Assembly (NCBI GenBank): GCA_963666275.2
Contig: CAXXOA010000001.1
Location: 128,001-192,000, forward strand
DNA: 64,000 nucleotides
Direction: 5' to 3'
DNA from: Oceanispirochaeta sp.
Lineage (GTDB): Bacteria > Spirochaetota > Spirochaetia > DSM-2461
Both the position numbers and the translations under genes were made by a program. Of the stretch, positions 38,863 through 48,749 are shown piece after piece; the stretch's first letter is position 1; every line of letters begins with the position of its first letter. Below the pieces are notes generated by a model. That model made no database searches. It was not told the DNA's origin and saw only the letters and a program-made list of their open reading frames with translations.

Positions 38863-39639
38863 ATGGATAAAAGAAGTATAGGTAATGTTACTGATAAAGT
38901 AAAAATCGCTGCCGGGCTTTTCTGGGCGGATTACGGAAATCTGGCGGGGACTGTTAAGGAACTGGAAGAAGCCGGGGCGGACTGGATCCATCTGGAAATG
39001 CGGGACGGACAGTATATGAACTTCAATGCTCCCAGGGGGGGGCTGGATATCCTTATGGGGATCCGTCCCCATACGTCTCTGGAAATTGAGGTGCAGCTGC
39101 AGATGGTCAGGCCGACTTTCGACCTTTACAGGCAATTGAAAGAGGCGGGGGCCGATCTGATCACGATTCCTCTGGAAACGGCTATGGAAAACACAATGCA
39201 GGATATCACCTTTATCAAAGATGCTCTGGGGCTGAAAGCGGGCGTCTGGGGCTGGCAGGGTATGCCTCTGAATTTTTTCTATCAGTACATCCCTTTTGTG
39301 GATATTATTGAATACGAGAGCCGGGCCCGGTTCTGGGTGGATGAAAAGGGAAAGACTCCCCATCTGATCGATCCCATCATGGTGGAAAGCATCGGGGAAC
39401 TGAAAGAGATGATCCGGAAAGCCGGAAGGGAAGGGGAGGTGGACCTGATGGAAGACGGGGGGATCAACGCAAAGAATTCCGCCCCCTTCGCCAGGGCCGG
39501 AATGACTGTGGGGGAGTACTCTTCGGCTCTGCTGAAAGGACCTGACGGTGAAGGTCCGGGAAACCGCTATGTTCCGGGATCCGGCAGGATCACTAGAGCC
39601 GTAAAAGAACTGCGGTCCGCACTGGACCGGGCTGTCTGA
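38863..39639 (+). CDS. divergent ribulose-phosphate 3-epimerase family protein
   Basis: AD...L...V..LE.AGADWIH.E..DG..N, AGAD.IT, G.KAG, DGGIN; metal-binding residues altered. Confidence 0.75.
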   Translation: MDKRSIGNVTDKVKIAAGLFWADYGNLAGTVKELEEAGADWIHLEMRDGQYMNFNAPRGGLDILMGIRPHTSLEIEVQLQMVRPTFDLYRQLKEAGADLITIPLETAMENTMQDITFIKDALGLKAGVWGWQGMPLNFFYQYIPFVDIIEYESRARFWVDEKGKTPHLIDPIMVESIGELKEMIRKAGREGEVDLMEDGGINAKNSAPFARAGMTVGEYSSALLKGPDGEGPGNRYVPGSGRITRAVKELRSALDRAV

Positions 39640-39694
39640 AACAGGCCGGCGGAAAAGGGAAAATACATAATCTGTTCTGAAGGAGAATTGGTAA

Positions 39695-40828
39695 ATGGAT
39701 AAAATCGGCGTAGCTATGGCAGGTTTCGGAGGAATCGGCAGAATCCATCTGCTGGCGTACAGGGAGATTCCTCACTTCTATCCGGGAAAGCTTCCGGAAA
39801 TACGGATGACCGGAGTTCTCAGGTCTGGAAAAAGCGCTTCGGTAGAAACAGCCCGGGAAAACGGGTTTGACAGAGGCTACGGCAGTTTCCGGGAAATCCT
39901 GGAGGATCCCGAAGTGGACGTGATTGATCTTGTCACTCCCAACTATCTCCATAAGGATCAGATTATAGCCGCTCTTGAAGGGGGTAAGCACATTCTCTGC
40001 GAAAAACCCCTGGCCCTGAACGCCGCCGAAACGGATGAAATCCTCAGGGCCGCGGAAAAATCCCGGGGAAAAATCGGGATGATTTTCAATTACCGCTTTG
40101 TTCCGGCCATTATGAAAGCCCGGGAACTCATTGACCAGGGCCGTCTGGGAGAGGTCTACTCCTTCCGGGGAGAGTATTTTCATACAGGTTATCAGGACCC
40201 CTCCCGTCCATACAGCTGGCGGATGGATTTTGACAGGTCCGGCGGAGGGGCTCTGGCGGATCTGGGCGTCCATGTTCTGGATCTGCTGAGCTATCTTCTG
40301 GGGGACTTCAAAAGTGTCAGAGCCGATCTGGAAATCTACATAAAAGAGCGGCCCGTCCCGGGACGTGAAGGCGGGATGGCCTCTGTTTCTGTGGACGATG
40401 CGGCCTGGCTTCAGTGCCGGCTGACAGAGGGGGGCCGGGGAAGCGTGGAAGTCTCCCGTTTTGCCACGGGGACTCTGGATGATCTGAATATAACGGTTTA
40501 TGGCAGCAGGGGGTCTTTTCAGTTCCGTCTGATGGATCCGGGCTTTCTCTACTGGTTCGATCAGGACCGGAAGGAGGAGGGGTGGAAACGGCTGGAAACC
40601 CTGCAGCACTACCCGGAGGCGAAAATTCCCAATCCCCGGTCAGTGATCGGCTGGAACCGTTTCCATGCGGAGAACCAGTACAGATTTCTCAAATCAGTTG
40701 TAGAGGGAACTCCCTTCTCCCCGGGAGTGGAAGAGGGAGCCCGGGCCCAGTATGTCCTTGATGCGGCCTACCGGAGTGCTCTTTCGGGCAGGGAGGAGGA
40801 GGTTCAGCAGATCTCTTCTGCCTCGTAG
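39695..40828 (+). CDS. Gfo/Idh/MocA family oxidoreductase
   Basis: GFGGIG..H, TPN..H, GKHILCEKP, NYRF.P, GGGAL.DLG.H..D. Confidence 0.92.
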   Translation: MDKIGVAMAGFGGIGRIHLLAYREIPHFYPGKLPEIRMTGVLRSGKSASVETARENGFDRGYGSFREILEDPEVDVIDLVTPNYLHKDQIIAALEGGKHILCEKPLALNAAETDEILRAAEKSRGKIGMIFNYRFVPAIMKARELIDQGRLGEVYSFRGEYFHTGYQDPSRPYSWRMDFDRSGGGALADLGVHVLDLLSYLLGDFKSVRADLEIYIKERPVPGREGGMASVSVDDAAWLQCRLTEGGRGSVEVSRFATGTLDDLNITVYGSRGSFQFRLMDPGFLYWFDQDRKEEGWKRLETLQHYPEAKIPNPRSVIGWNRFHAENQYRFLKSVVEGTPFSPGVEEGARAQYVLDAAYRSALSGREEEVQQISSAS

Positions 40829-41112
40829 TCAAAGACCAGAACCCCTTCAAGAAGGGGACCGGCATAGGCAGAAAACGCTTTATGGTCCGGATGGACAAGG
40901 TAGGAATCCCTCTCTTTTGTTCCGGCGAAAGAGAGGACATAACCGTCGGTGAACCCCAGGTTCAGATTCTCGGGGCTTATGTTCACACCCCACTCAAATC
41001 CGAGTATTTCCGGTATCATCCCCTTAAGGGCGGCAAATCTTGCATGCAGCTCCTCCAGTTTCTCTTTTTCCGCATTCTCCGAATAGTTGAATAGAACAAT
41101 ATGACGTATCAC
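40804..41112 (-). CDS. Dabb family (stress-responsive A/B barrel) protein
   Basis: IRHIVLF, IPEI..FEWG.N.SPE, Y..HP.H, VFDY. Confidence 0.88.
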   Translation of the reverse strand: MIRHIVLFNYSENAEKEKLEELHARFAALKGMIPEILGFEWGVNISPENLNLGFTDGYVLSFAGTKERDSYLVHPDHKAFSAYAGPLLEGVLVFDYEAEEIC

Positions 41113-41193
41113 TGTATTTTTTTCTCCTTTTCCTATGACAGTATAATCTAAGTAATCGCATCAATAATATCTGTGTATACGACAATAATAATC

Positions 41194-41224
41194 TTCATAT
41201 GAAAAATAAAAGTTTACAAGTGAA
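41194..41224. promoter_or_regulatory. TTCATATGAA operator upstream of the sugar ABC operon
   Basis: Perfect TTCATATGAA at 41194; weaker TACAAGTGAA 21 bp downstream. Confidence 0.6.
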
Positions 41225-41298
41225 AATTGCGATGATAAGATTATTATAAAATCACTGATTTATCCACGTTCTTTTTCGCGTGCGATAAAGGAGGAAAA

Positions 41299-42588
41299 AT
41301 GAAAAAGGTTTCTATCAGTCTGTTGGCAGTGCTGCTTATGTCATCTCTGATGCTTTTTGCAGGCGGTCAGAAAGAGGGCGGAGCCGGCGAAGAAGCTATT
41401 GACGGAAGCAATGTAGAAGTTCTGCACTGGTGGACCTCAGGCAGCGAAGCGGCTGCTTTGAATGTATTGAAAGAAGATCTTGAGAAAAAAGGAATCACCT
41501 GGACCGATTCTCCCGTAGCCGGAGGCGGTGGAGATCAGGCAATGACAGTTCTTCGTTCCAGAGCGACAGCAGGGAATCCTCCCGTCGCTGTTCAGATGCT
41601 GGGATTTGATATTATCGACTGGGCCGAGCTGGGGTTCCTGGCTGACCTGAATGATGTGGCTAAAGAAGAAAACTGGGATGCCGTTGTTCCTGACGCTCTC
41701 AAATTTTTCTCCAAATACAATGGTGTTTGGGTTGCCGCTCCTGTGAATGTTCACTCTACCAACTGGGTATGGGCCAACAAAGAGATCATGGACAGTCTGA
41801 ATATTTCCGAACCCAAAAACTGGGACGAATTTATGGCTGCCATGGAAAAAGTAAAAGCCGCCGGATACACAGCCCTGGCTCATGGCGGACAGGCCTGGCA
41901 GGACGGAACCATGTTCGACGGTGTTGTTGTTTCTACAGGCGGACCTGAATTCTACAAGAAAACCATGATTGATCTGGACGATGCGGCGCTTCGTTCCGAC
42001 ACAATGGTGGAAGTTTTCAGCAGAATGCGTCAGCTGAGATCCTTTGTGGATGACAACTTCAGCGGAAGGGACTGGAACCTGGCTTCTGCCATGGTTATCG
42101 AAGGAAAGGCCGCTTTCCAGATTATGGGTGACTGGGCAAAAGGCGAGTTTAAAAACGCCGGTCTGGAACCGGGAAAAGACTTCTATTTCTTCCGTGTCCC
42201 CGGATCACAGGGCACTGTTACTTTCAACTCCGACCAGTTTGTTATGTTCGATGTGGATCCTGCCTACCAGGATGCCCAGAAAGAGCTTGCAAAATCCATT
42301 ATGCAGCCCAGTTTTCAGATTGCCTTCAACCTGGTTAAGGGATCTGTTCCCGCCAGAACCGACATCTCTGATGCGGAGTTTGATGCGGCCGGTAAAAAAG
42401 GTATGAAAGACCTGGCTGAAGCCTCCAGAAACGGTACCCTTTTCGGTTCCATGGCTCACGGACACGCTGTCCCCGCCGGACTGAAACAGGCTATGTTTGA
42501 TGTCATTACCGCTCATTTCAATGATGAATCCTACAGCGACGAACAGGCCGCCCAGGATTTGGCAGATGCGGTTGCTGCTGCAAAATAA
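41299..42588 (+). CDS. sugar ABC transporter substrate-binding protein (glucose/mannose GtsA-like)
   Basis: [42 protein letters not shown]. Confidence 0.9.
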   Translation: MKKVSISLLAVLLMSSLMLFAGGQKEGGAGEEAIDGSNVEVLHWWTSGSEAAALNVLKEDLEKKGITWTDSPVAGGGGDQAMTVLRSRATAGNPPVAVQMLGFDIIDWAELGFLADLNDVAKEENWDAVVPDALKFFSKYNGVWVAAPVNVHSTNWVWANKEIMDSLNISEPKNWDEFMAAMEKVKAAGYTALAHGGQAWQDGTMFDGVVVSTGGPEFYKKTMIDLDDAALRSDTMVEVFSRMRQLRSFVDDNFSGRDWNLASAMVIEGKAAFQIMGDWAKGEFKNAGLEPGKDFYFFRVPGSQGTVTFNSDQFVMFDVDPAYQDAQKELAKSIMQPSFQIAFNLVKGSVPARTDISDAEFDAAGKKGMKDLAEASRNGTLFGSMAHGHAVPAGLKQAMFDVITAHFNDESYSDEQAAQDLADAVAAAK

Positions 42589-42612
42589 TAGTACTATAAT
42601 TTAATGAATCCC

Positions 42613-42652
42613 ACCGGCCGTTTTGAAGCTTCTTTTTTGAAACGGCCGGTTC
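42613..42652 (+). terminator. stem-loop after the SBP gene (stabiliser/attenuator)
   Basis: ACCGGCCGTTT...AAACGGCCGGT inverted repeat. Confidence 0.6.
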
Positions 42653-42680
42653 ATCACTTTTAAAAAAAAGGAACAAAAAT

Positions 42681-43565
42681 ATGACACCACACAGCAAGTG
42701 GCGATTGACGAAGGATGATGTAACCGCCCGGTTCGTGCTGATGCCGACCCTTATTCTTACCTTTGTATTTGTTTATGCCTTCATCATTTTTACCATCTAT
42801 ATTTCATTTACCAACTCACGTTTAATGCCCTCTTACGACTGGGTAGGATTTCAGAATTATGTTAAAATGTTCAAACTTCCCCACTGGCATACAGCTCTGA
42901 AGAATTTTGCGATCTTCAGTGTTCTCTATATAACTATCTCCACCTTTCTGGGGCTTTTCCTGGCCATCCTGGTGGACTGGAGCAAACTGGGGGAACGGCT
43001 GTTCCGCCCTATCTACCTTTATCCCATGGCTATCTCCTTTATCGTTACCGGTACCGCATGGAAGTGGTTCCTGGATCCCGGAATCGGTCTGGAACAGATC
43101 ATGCATACCTGGGGTTTTACAAACTTTACATTCAACTGGATAAAAAGTGCCGATTATGCCATCTATACCATTGTGATCGCCGCGGTCTGGCAGGTGACCG
43201 GTTATGTGATGACCATGTTCCTGGCGGGGCTGAGGGCTGTCAATCATGCCACCATAGAGTCGGCGGTTGTCGACGGTGCGGGTATGTGGACACTTTACCG
43301 GAGGATTATCATCCCTCAGCTGGGGCCTTCTTTCACATCAGTCTTTGTTATTCTGGGGCATATGGCGATCAAGTCCTATGACCTTGTCATTGCATTGACC
43401 AACGGAGGGCCGGGCAGGGCGACAGAGCTGCCGTCAACATTCATGTACTCCTATACTTTTACACGAAATCAGATGGGTGTCGGAGCCGGTTCTGCAGTAT
43501 TTATGCTGGTACTCTTCGCCATCATTATCATTCCCTACATCAGAACCATAGTGAAGGATCAGTAA
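42681..43565 (+). CDS. sugar ABC permease
   Basis: YPMAISFIVTG.AWKW, ESA.VDGA EAA-like motif, T.GGPG. Confidence 0.92.
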   Translation: MTPHSKWRLTKDDVTARFVLMPTLILTFVFVYAFIIFTIYISFTNSRLMPSYDWVGFQNYVKMFKLPHWHTALKNFAIFSVLYITISTFLGLFLAILVDWSKLGERLFRPIYLYPMAISFIVTGTAWKWFLDPGIGLEQIMHTWGFTNFTFNWIKSADYAIYTIVIAAVWQVTGYVMTMFLAGLRAVNHATIESAVVDGAGMWTLYRRIIIPQLGPSFTSVFVILGHMAIKSYDLVIALTNGGPGRATELPSTFMYSYTFTRNQMGVGAGSAVFMLVLFAIIIIPYIRTIVKDQ

Positions 43566-43567
43566 CG

Positions 43568-44440
43568 ATGACGATTAAAGATACAATGCGAATGAAAAAA
43601 CAGACAGGGTATGTGGTAACTGTGCTGATGGTACTGTTTGCCGTCTTTTTTCTGACTCCCCTGTATGTGATGGTTGTGAATTCCTTTAAACCTCTGGCAG
43701 AGATCCGCGGGGGCAATATGCTTGCCCTTCCCGAGGATTTTCAGATCATTCCCTGGCAGAAAGCCTGGTCGGAAGCTCAGATCGGTGTGCAGGCCACGGG
43801 TTTGAGACCCTATTTTTTCAACTCTATTAAAATGGTTATTCCCGCGGTTTTCTTCTCCACGCTGCTGGGGTCTCTCAGCGGATTTGTCCTGTCCAAATGG
43901 CATTATCCCGGGGATAAATTCCTTTTCGGCCTGATCCTCTTCGGATGTTTCATTCCCTTTCAGATCGTTCTGATACCCACCGCCCGTGTCCTGGGATCTC
44001 TGCATCTGGCAGGAACCACTTCGGGTCTTGTGCTGGTCCATACTGTCTACGGTCTGGGATTTACCACCCTGTTCTTCAAAAATACCTACGACAGTTTTCC
44101 CGCAGAGCTGGTTCAGTCCGCCCAGGTGGACGGGGCGCATTTTTTCAAGATTTTCATGGATATCATCCTGCCCAATTCCACTCCTATCATTGTGGTGTCG
44201 GTCATCTGGCAGACGACAAATATCTGGAATGACTTCCTCTTCGGTGTGTCCTTCGGAGATGCCGCCTCTCAGCCTATGACTGTGGCTCTGAACAACCTTG
44301 TCAGCTCCTCGACCGGTGTGAAGGAGTACAATGTTCACTTTGCCGGTGCTCTGATGGCTGCCCTCCCGACTCTGGCGATCTACCTGGTTTCGGGTAGGTA
44401 CTTTGTCAGGGGACTCATGTCTGGTTCTGTAAAAGGTTAA
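43568..44440 (+). CDS. sugar ABC permease
   Basis: PLYVM...SFK, FIPFQ, EL..SA.VDGA, IWNDFLFG, GL..G.VKG. Confidence 0.92.
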   Translation: MTIKDTMRMKKQTGYVVTVLMVLFAVFFLTPLYVMVVNSFKPLAEIRGGNMLALPEDFQIIPWQKAWSEAQIGVQATGLRPYFFNSIKMVIPAVFFSTLLGSLSGFVLSKWHYPGDKFLFGLILFGCFIPFQIVLIPTARVLGSLHLAGTTSGLVLVHTVYGLGFTTLFFKNTYDSFPAELVQSAQVDGAHFFKIFMDIILPNSTPIIVVSVIWQTTNIWNDFLFGVSFGDAASQPMTVALNNLVSSSTGVKEYNVHFAGALMAALPTLAIYLVSGRYFVRGLMSGSVKG

Positions 44441-44452
44441 AAGGGGTTTCAA

Positions 44453-45415
44453 ATGGAAAAGCTTCTCTGCGGTGTCGACCTGGGAGGCACCAAACTGGCG
44501 GCCGCTCTCTTCTCTCAGGAGGGGAGTCTGGTCGCCAGTGAAATTGTCTACGATCATCATAAATCCACCAGTGATGAGATTCTCCTTGCGGTGGTGGATC
44601 TGCTGAATACTCTTCTCAGGAACAACTCCTGTACTCCCGGGGATCTACTGGGAATAGGTGTGGCTCTGGCGGGACATGTCAATTTTAAAGAAGGGAAAAT
44701 TATCACCACAAGCAACTTTCCCATAACCATACGGGATTTTCCTCTGGTGGATAAACTGAAAAGCCATTTTCCCGGCCTCAAAATTGTTATGGACAACGAT
44801 GCCAATGCCCAGGCCTACGGGGAGTTCAAATACGGTGCTGCCAGAGGGTATAACTCATCTGTTTTTGTCACGGTCAGTACAGGAATCGGCGGAGGCATTA
44901 TCCTGGACGGAAAAATGGTCCGGGGCCGCAGCGGTACCGCCGGAGAAGTGGGGCACTCCATCATTGACTACAACTCGGATATAAAGTGCACCTGCGGTAA
45001 CTACGGCTGTTCCATGGCCCTGGCGTCGGGGCTTTTTTTTCCCAGCCTCTACAGAATGCATCTCCGCAAGGGGATGAAAAGTACCATTGGAGTCACCGAA
45101 GAGAGCGCCGCCGGCATGGACGGCAAAAAGATTGAAGACGGAATGAAAGCGGGAGATCCTATCTGCCGGAAAATCGTGGAAGATTCCGCCACAGCCGTGG
45201 GAGTCTCTCTCTTTAATATCCATCAGATGCTCAATCCCGAACTGGTTGTTCTGGGGGGAGGGCTCATGGCCTTCGGTGAAGAGTACTTCCAAAGCATCCG
45301 CCGGGAATTCCTCTCTCATACCCATGAAATGATGATTCAGGAGATGGAGATCAAGCTGGCCGAGACGGGGGCGAATGCGGGGCTTCTGGGAGCGGCGGCG
45401 CTGCTTCTGGAATAG
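44453..45415 (+). CDS. ROK family sugar kinase
   Basis: GVDLGGTK, NDANA.A.GE, TGIGGG, AGEVGH, C.CG..GC, GGG, AG.LGAA; no N-terminal HTH. Confidence 0.9.
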   Translation: MEKLLCGVDLGGTKLAAALFSQEGSLVASEIVYDHHKSTSDEILLAVVDLLNTLLRNNSCTPGDLLGIGVALAGHVNFKEGKIITTSNFPITIRDFPLVDKLKSHFPGLKIVMDNDANAQAYGEFKYGAARGYNSSVFVTVSTGIGGGIILDGKMVRGRSGTAGEVGHSIIDYNSDIKCTCGNYGCSMALASGLFFPSLYRMHLRKGMKSTIGVTEESAAGMDGKKIEDGMKAGDPICRKIVEDSATAVGVSLFNIHQMLNPELVVLGGGLMAFGEEYFQSIRREFLSHTHEMMIQEMEIKLAETGANAGLLGAAALLLE

Positions 45416-45418
45416 GCT

Positions 45419-46375
45419 TTACAGTAATTCTGCAGGATTTCCTGTCATTTCGAGCCCTGCCTGTCTGCCCTGTCCCTGAAACAGGACCTTTCCGGCAGGG
45501 TCTTTCATAATCACCGACACGGGGGTATCCACCCTCTCTCGGATTGTACGGGCCATATCTCCCTGAACGGGAGCCTGCAGGGTCCCGCCTGATCCATCCA
45601 GATCTGCTTTGACCTCGATGGCAAAATCCTTGGCCCTGATGTTCAGACTCAGTTCCTTCCTGTTCAGGTTTTCAAGGATCACCCGGCTTTTGAGATAGCT
45701 GGCAAAGCGGTGATACCTTCCCCCTGTGTAGAGAAAGCCCAGATGTCCTGTAAACTCTCTCCCCAACCAGGGAACCCGGGCCACCGAGAGCATAAAACTC
45801 GTTCCTGCTTCCTCAAACAGATTGCAGTGGATCCATATCCACGAGGAGGGCATGGAGTGACCCCAGTCCTTTTCAACGTATCCTCTTCCCTTGTCTAGGA
45901 GATACCTGGTTCCGTTCCAGCAAATCTCACCGTCCACTCTGTGGTCGGCTGAAACCACCCCATGATAGCACTCCAGAAAAGGGGCGTATCTATAGGGGCC
46001 CATGATCCCGGGTGACCCGAGTGTCACAGGAAAGGGAACTGTCCCTGTAAAAATGAGCTCCCCCGACAGAGTGTGGCTGTCCCGGGTTTCTCTGAGTTCT
46101 ATTCCCCTGCTGCTAAACCGGTTTGCTCCCAGAGAAATATCGAATTCTTTTTTACTGTATCCGAAGTCACGGGTTGCGAAACGGATGTAGGCTGTTTTAT
46201 GCTCTGCGCTGTCAATGATCTGAATAAATCCATGGGAGTCCTTTCCCAGTGACACTCCCGGTATCAGAGCCAGAGTCTGTCCTGACTGGGGATTGGTGGA
46301 TTTTATATACCAGCCTTCAAAGTAGGAGCTTTTTTTAAGCGATCCCTGGAAGGCGGAGGGAGTCAGAAAACCCAT
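45419..46375 (-). CDS. tocopherol cyclase family protein
   Basis: YFEGWY.K, IMGP....PFLECYHG, GY.EKDWG.S.P..W.W. Confidence 0.85.
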   Translation of the reverse strand: MGFLTPSAFQGSLKKSSYFEGWYIKSTNPQSGQTLALIPGVSLGKDSHGFIQIIDSAEHKTAYIRFATRDFGYSKKEFDISLGANRFSSRGIELRETRDSHTLSGELIFTGTVPFPVTLGSPGIMGPYRYAPFLECYHGVVSADHRVDGEICWNGTRYLLDKGRGYVEKDWGHSMPSSWIWIHCNLFEEAGTSFMLSVARVPWLGREFTGHLGFLYTGGRYHRFASYLKSRVILENLNRKELSLNIRAKDFAIEVKADLDGSGGTLQAPVQGDMARTIRERVDTPVSVIMKDPAGKVLFQGQGRQAGLEMTGNPAELL

Positions 46376-46401
46376 TCAGATCTCTCCTGTTTATTTTCCG
46401 G

Positions 46402-47433
46402 TCAGAGACTGGTCAGATCCATGATACTTTCTCTGATTATCAGTTTACCCCCGAAGACGACTTTTGCGGGAGGGGCTTCCGGATCTACCAGAATTCTATC
46501 CATAAGCAGCTGTATGGCCATACGGCCCATTCTATTTTTACACACATCTATGGTTGTGAGGCCCGGCGTCGACATGGATGCGATAGGCAGGTTGTCGAAT
46601 CCCGCCAGAGATACATCTTCGGGGACTCTTATTCCCGCCTCGTTAAAGGCTTTCATACAGCCGCTGGCAATGATGTCATTGGCGCAGAACAGGGCCCGGG
46701 GAAGCTTTTTTCCCTTTTGAATGAAAAGCCTCATATCGTCACAGGCTCCGTTAAAGGTAGAGTCCACTTCGATAATCCGGGACGGTTTGAACTCCAGCCC
46801 ATGGCGGCCCAGCCCTTCTCTGAAGGCTTTTTCTCTGAGCTTGAAGTTGGGGGTCGGCTGGGTACTGCTTATCATGCCGATTTCCCTGTGACCCAATTCG
46901 ATGAAGTGGAGGAGAATCTGGTTCACCGAATCCTCATTGTTCATGTCGATAAAGTCGAAACGCAGTTCCTGATAGAAACTGTCCAGAAAGACAATCGGTT
47001 TCTCCAGGCCCGCAAAAGCCTGAATGTCCTGAAAGCTGAGTTCGGTTCCAAGGATAACAAAACCGGTGTCCTCACTTGAACGGATGGTATGGGCAATCTC
47101 CTCGATGGGAGTTGTTTTATAGGTCATGATCTTCAGGCTCATATTTTTGGATTTAGCTTCCTGACTCATACCCCGTATATAGTCGGCAATGAAGACATCG
47201 TGGTCTCGGTTGAGAGTATGTCCATGCCGGGTTATCTGAAGGAAGCTGATGGATCCGATAGAATCCTGTCCCGGCTGTTTTGTCGAGGGGCCTTCGTATG
47301 CCAGGTCTTCGATGAGGGTGAGTATCCTCTCTCTTGTCTTCTTTCCCACACCGGGCTTGTTATTTATGACGAGAGATACCGTTGCAGGAGACACTCCTGC
47401 TTTTGCAGCGATATCTTTTATGGTTACGCTCAT
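46402..47433 (-). CDS. LacI family regulator
   Basis: VTIKDIA..AGVS.ATVS.V.N, A.FCAND..A, VPEDVS..GFDN, LTT, L.IRES. Confidence 0.93.
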   Translation of the reverse strand: MSVTIKDIAAKAGVSPATVSLVINNKPGVGKKTRERILTLIEDLAYEGPSTKQPGQDSIGSISFLQITRHGHTLNRDHDVFIADYIRGMSQEAKSKNMSLKIMTYKTTPIEEIAHTIRSSEDTGFVILGTELSFQDIQAFAGLEKPIVFLDSFYQELRFDFIDMNNEDSVNQILLHFIELGHREIGMISSTQPTPNFKLREKAFREGLGRHGLEFKPSRIIEVDSTFNGACDDMRLFIQKGKKLPRALFCANDIIASGCMKAFNEAGIRVPEDVSLAGFDNLPIASMSTPGLTTIDVCKNRMGRMAIQLLMDRILVDPEAPPAKVVFGGKLIIRESIMDLTSL

Positions 47434-47485
47434 GATGTTTCCTTGATTACTACTGTATCTTTCTTTTTCAAGTATGACAAGAAAA

Positions 47486-47627
47486 ACTAAACATTACTAA
47501 AATAAACTAAATAATAAACGGATTTTATCTGATTTAAAATAGGTTATTTCGCGCTAACCCTACATGTATGGTGAAATTTACTAAAAAATACTAAATAAAT
47601 TGACAGCTGTTCAATCGATGTTACAAT
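47486..47627 (+). promoter_or_regulatory. ACTAAA direct repeats at 10-bp spacing and sigma70 promoter
   Basis: ACTAAA at 47486, 47496, 47506 and 47580, 47590; TTGACA at 47600, TGnTACAAT at 47619-47627. Confidence 0.65.
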
Positions 47628-47659
47628 AAAATTAATCACCACAAAAAAAGGAGTTTCTT

Positions 47660-48685
47660 ATGGATTGGAAAAAAAGTGTTGTGCTGTTCCTGGTCCTGAC
47701 AATGGCGTTTTCAGCTGTCTTCGCAGGTGGACAGTCTGAACCGGCCGGACCCAAACCTGAATCGGAATGGAAGATCGCTCTGGTTCCCAAGGACAGTACG
47801 AATGCCTGGTTTGTACGGATGGAAGTGGGAGTGAAAGAGTTTGCCGCAGATACCGGGCTGAATGCTTTTCAGAAGGGCCCGGCTAAAACTGATGCGGCTA
47901 TGCAGGTTCAGGTTATACAGGATCTGATCGCCCAGGGCGTGGATGCTCTGTGTGTTGTCCCTGTTGATCCGGCAGCACTGGAACCGGTTCTGGCTGAAGC
48001 CCTGGATAAAGGGATTGTGGTTGTGACCCACGAAGCCTCTTTTCAGGAAAATACCATGTACGACATAGAAGCATTCAACAATGCCGACTATGGCGCCTTC
48101 ATTATGGATAACCTGGCTAAGGCCATGGGAGAAGACGGTGTGTATACCACTATGGTAGGACATGTTACCAATGCGTCCCATAACGAGTGGGCCGACGGGG
48201 GCGTTGCTCATCAGCAGACTGCCTATCCCAATATGACACTTCTGGCGGAGGAACCCCGGGTTGAGTCGGAAGACAATATGGAAAGGGCTTACGAAAAAGC
48301 AAAAGAGCTTTTCAAAAAGTATCCCAACCTGAAAGGAATCATGGGGACCTCTTCCAAGGATGCTCCCGGTGTTTCCCGGGCCATAGAAGAGCTGGGTCTC
48401 AAAGATAAGGTCTTTGTTGCAGGAACCGGTCTTGTTTCAGAATGCGGTCCCTTCCTGGAAAGCGGAATCCTTCAGTATATAACTCTCTGGGATCCGAAAG
48501 ATGCCGGCTATGCCATGTGTTCTCTGGCCACCAAAATACTGCGGGGTGAAGAGATCGGTAACGGACTGGATCTGGGACTTCCCGGATACGACAATATGCA
48601 GTTTGCCCCGGGATCGGATAAAGTGCTGATCGGATCCGGTTGGATTGTCATGAATAAGGACAATATGCTCGACTATAACTTCTGA
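47660..48685 (+). CDS. monosaccharide ABC substrate-binding protein (RhaS/LsrB-like)
   Basis: IALVPK....WF..M..GV, DA..Q...I.DLIAQGVDA, WDP..AGY. Confidence 0.88.
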   Translation: MDWKKSVVLFLVLTMAFSAVFAGGQSEPAGPKPESEWKIALVPKDSTNAWFVRMEVGVKEFAADTGLNAFQKGPAKTDAAMQVQVIQDLIAQGVDALCVVPVDPAALEPVLAEALDKGIVVVTHEASFQENTMYDIEAFNNADYGAFIMDNLAKAMGEDGVYTTMVGHVTNASHNEWADGGVAHQQTAYPNMTLLAEEPRVESEDNMERAYEKAKELFKKYPNLKGIMGTSSKDAPGVSRAIEELGLKDKVFVAGTGLVSECGPFLESGILQYITLWDPKDAGYAMCSLATKILRGEEIGNGLDLGLPGYDNMQFAPGSDKVLIGSGWIVMNKDNMLDYNF

Positions 48686-48749
48686 TTATTGCAGACATCA
48701 TCGACTGCCTCTCTCCGGAGAGGCGGTTTTTTTAAAAAGGAAGGTCTCT

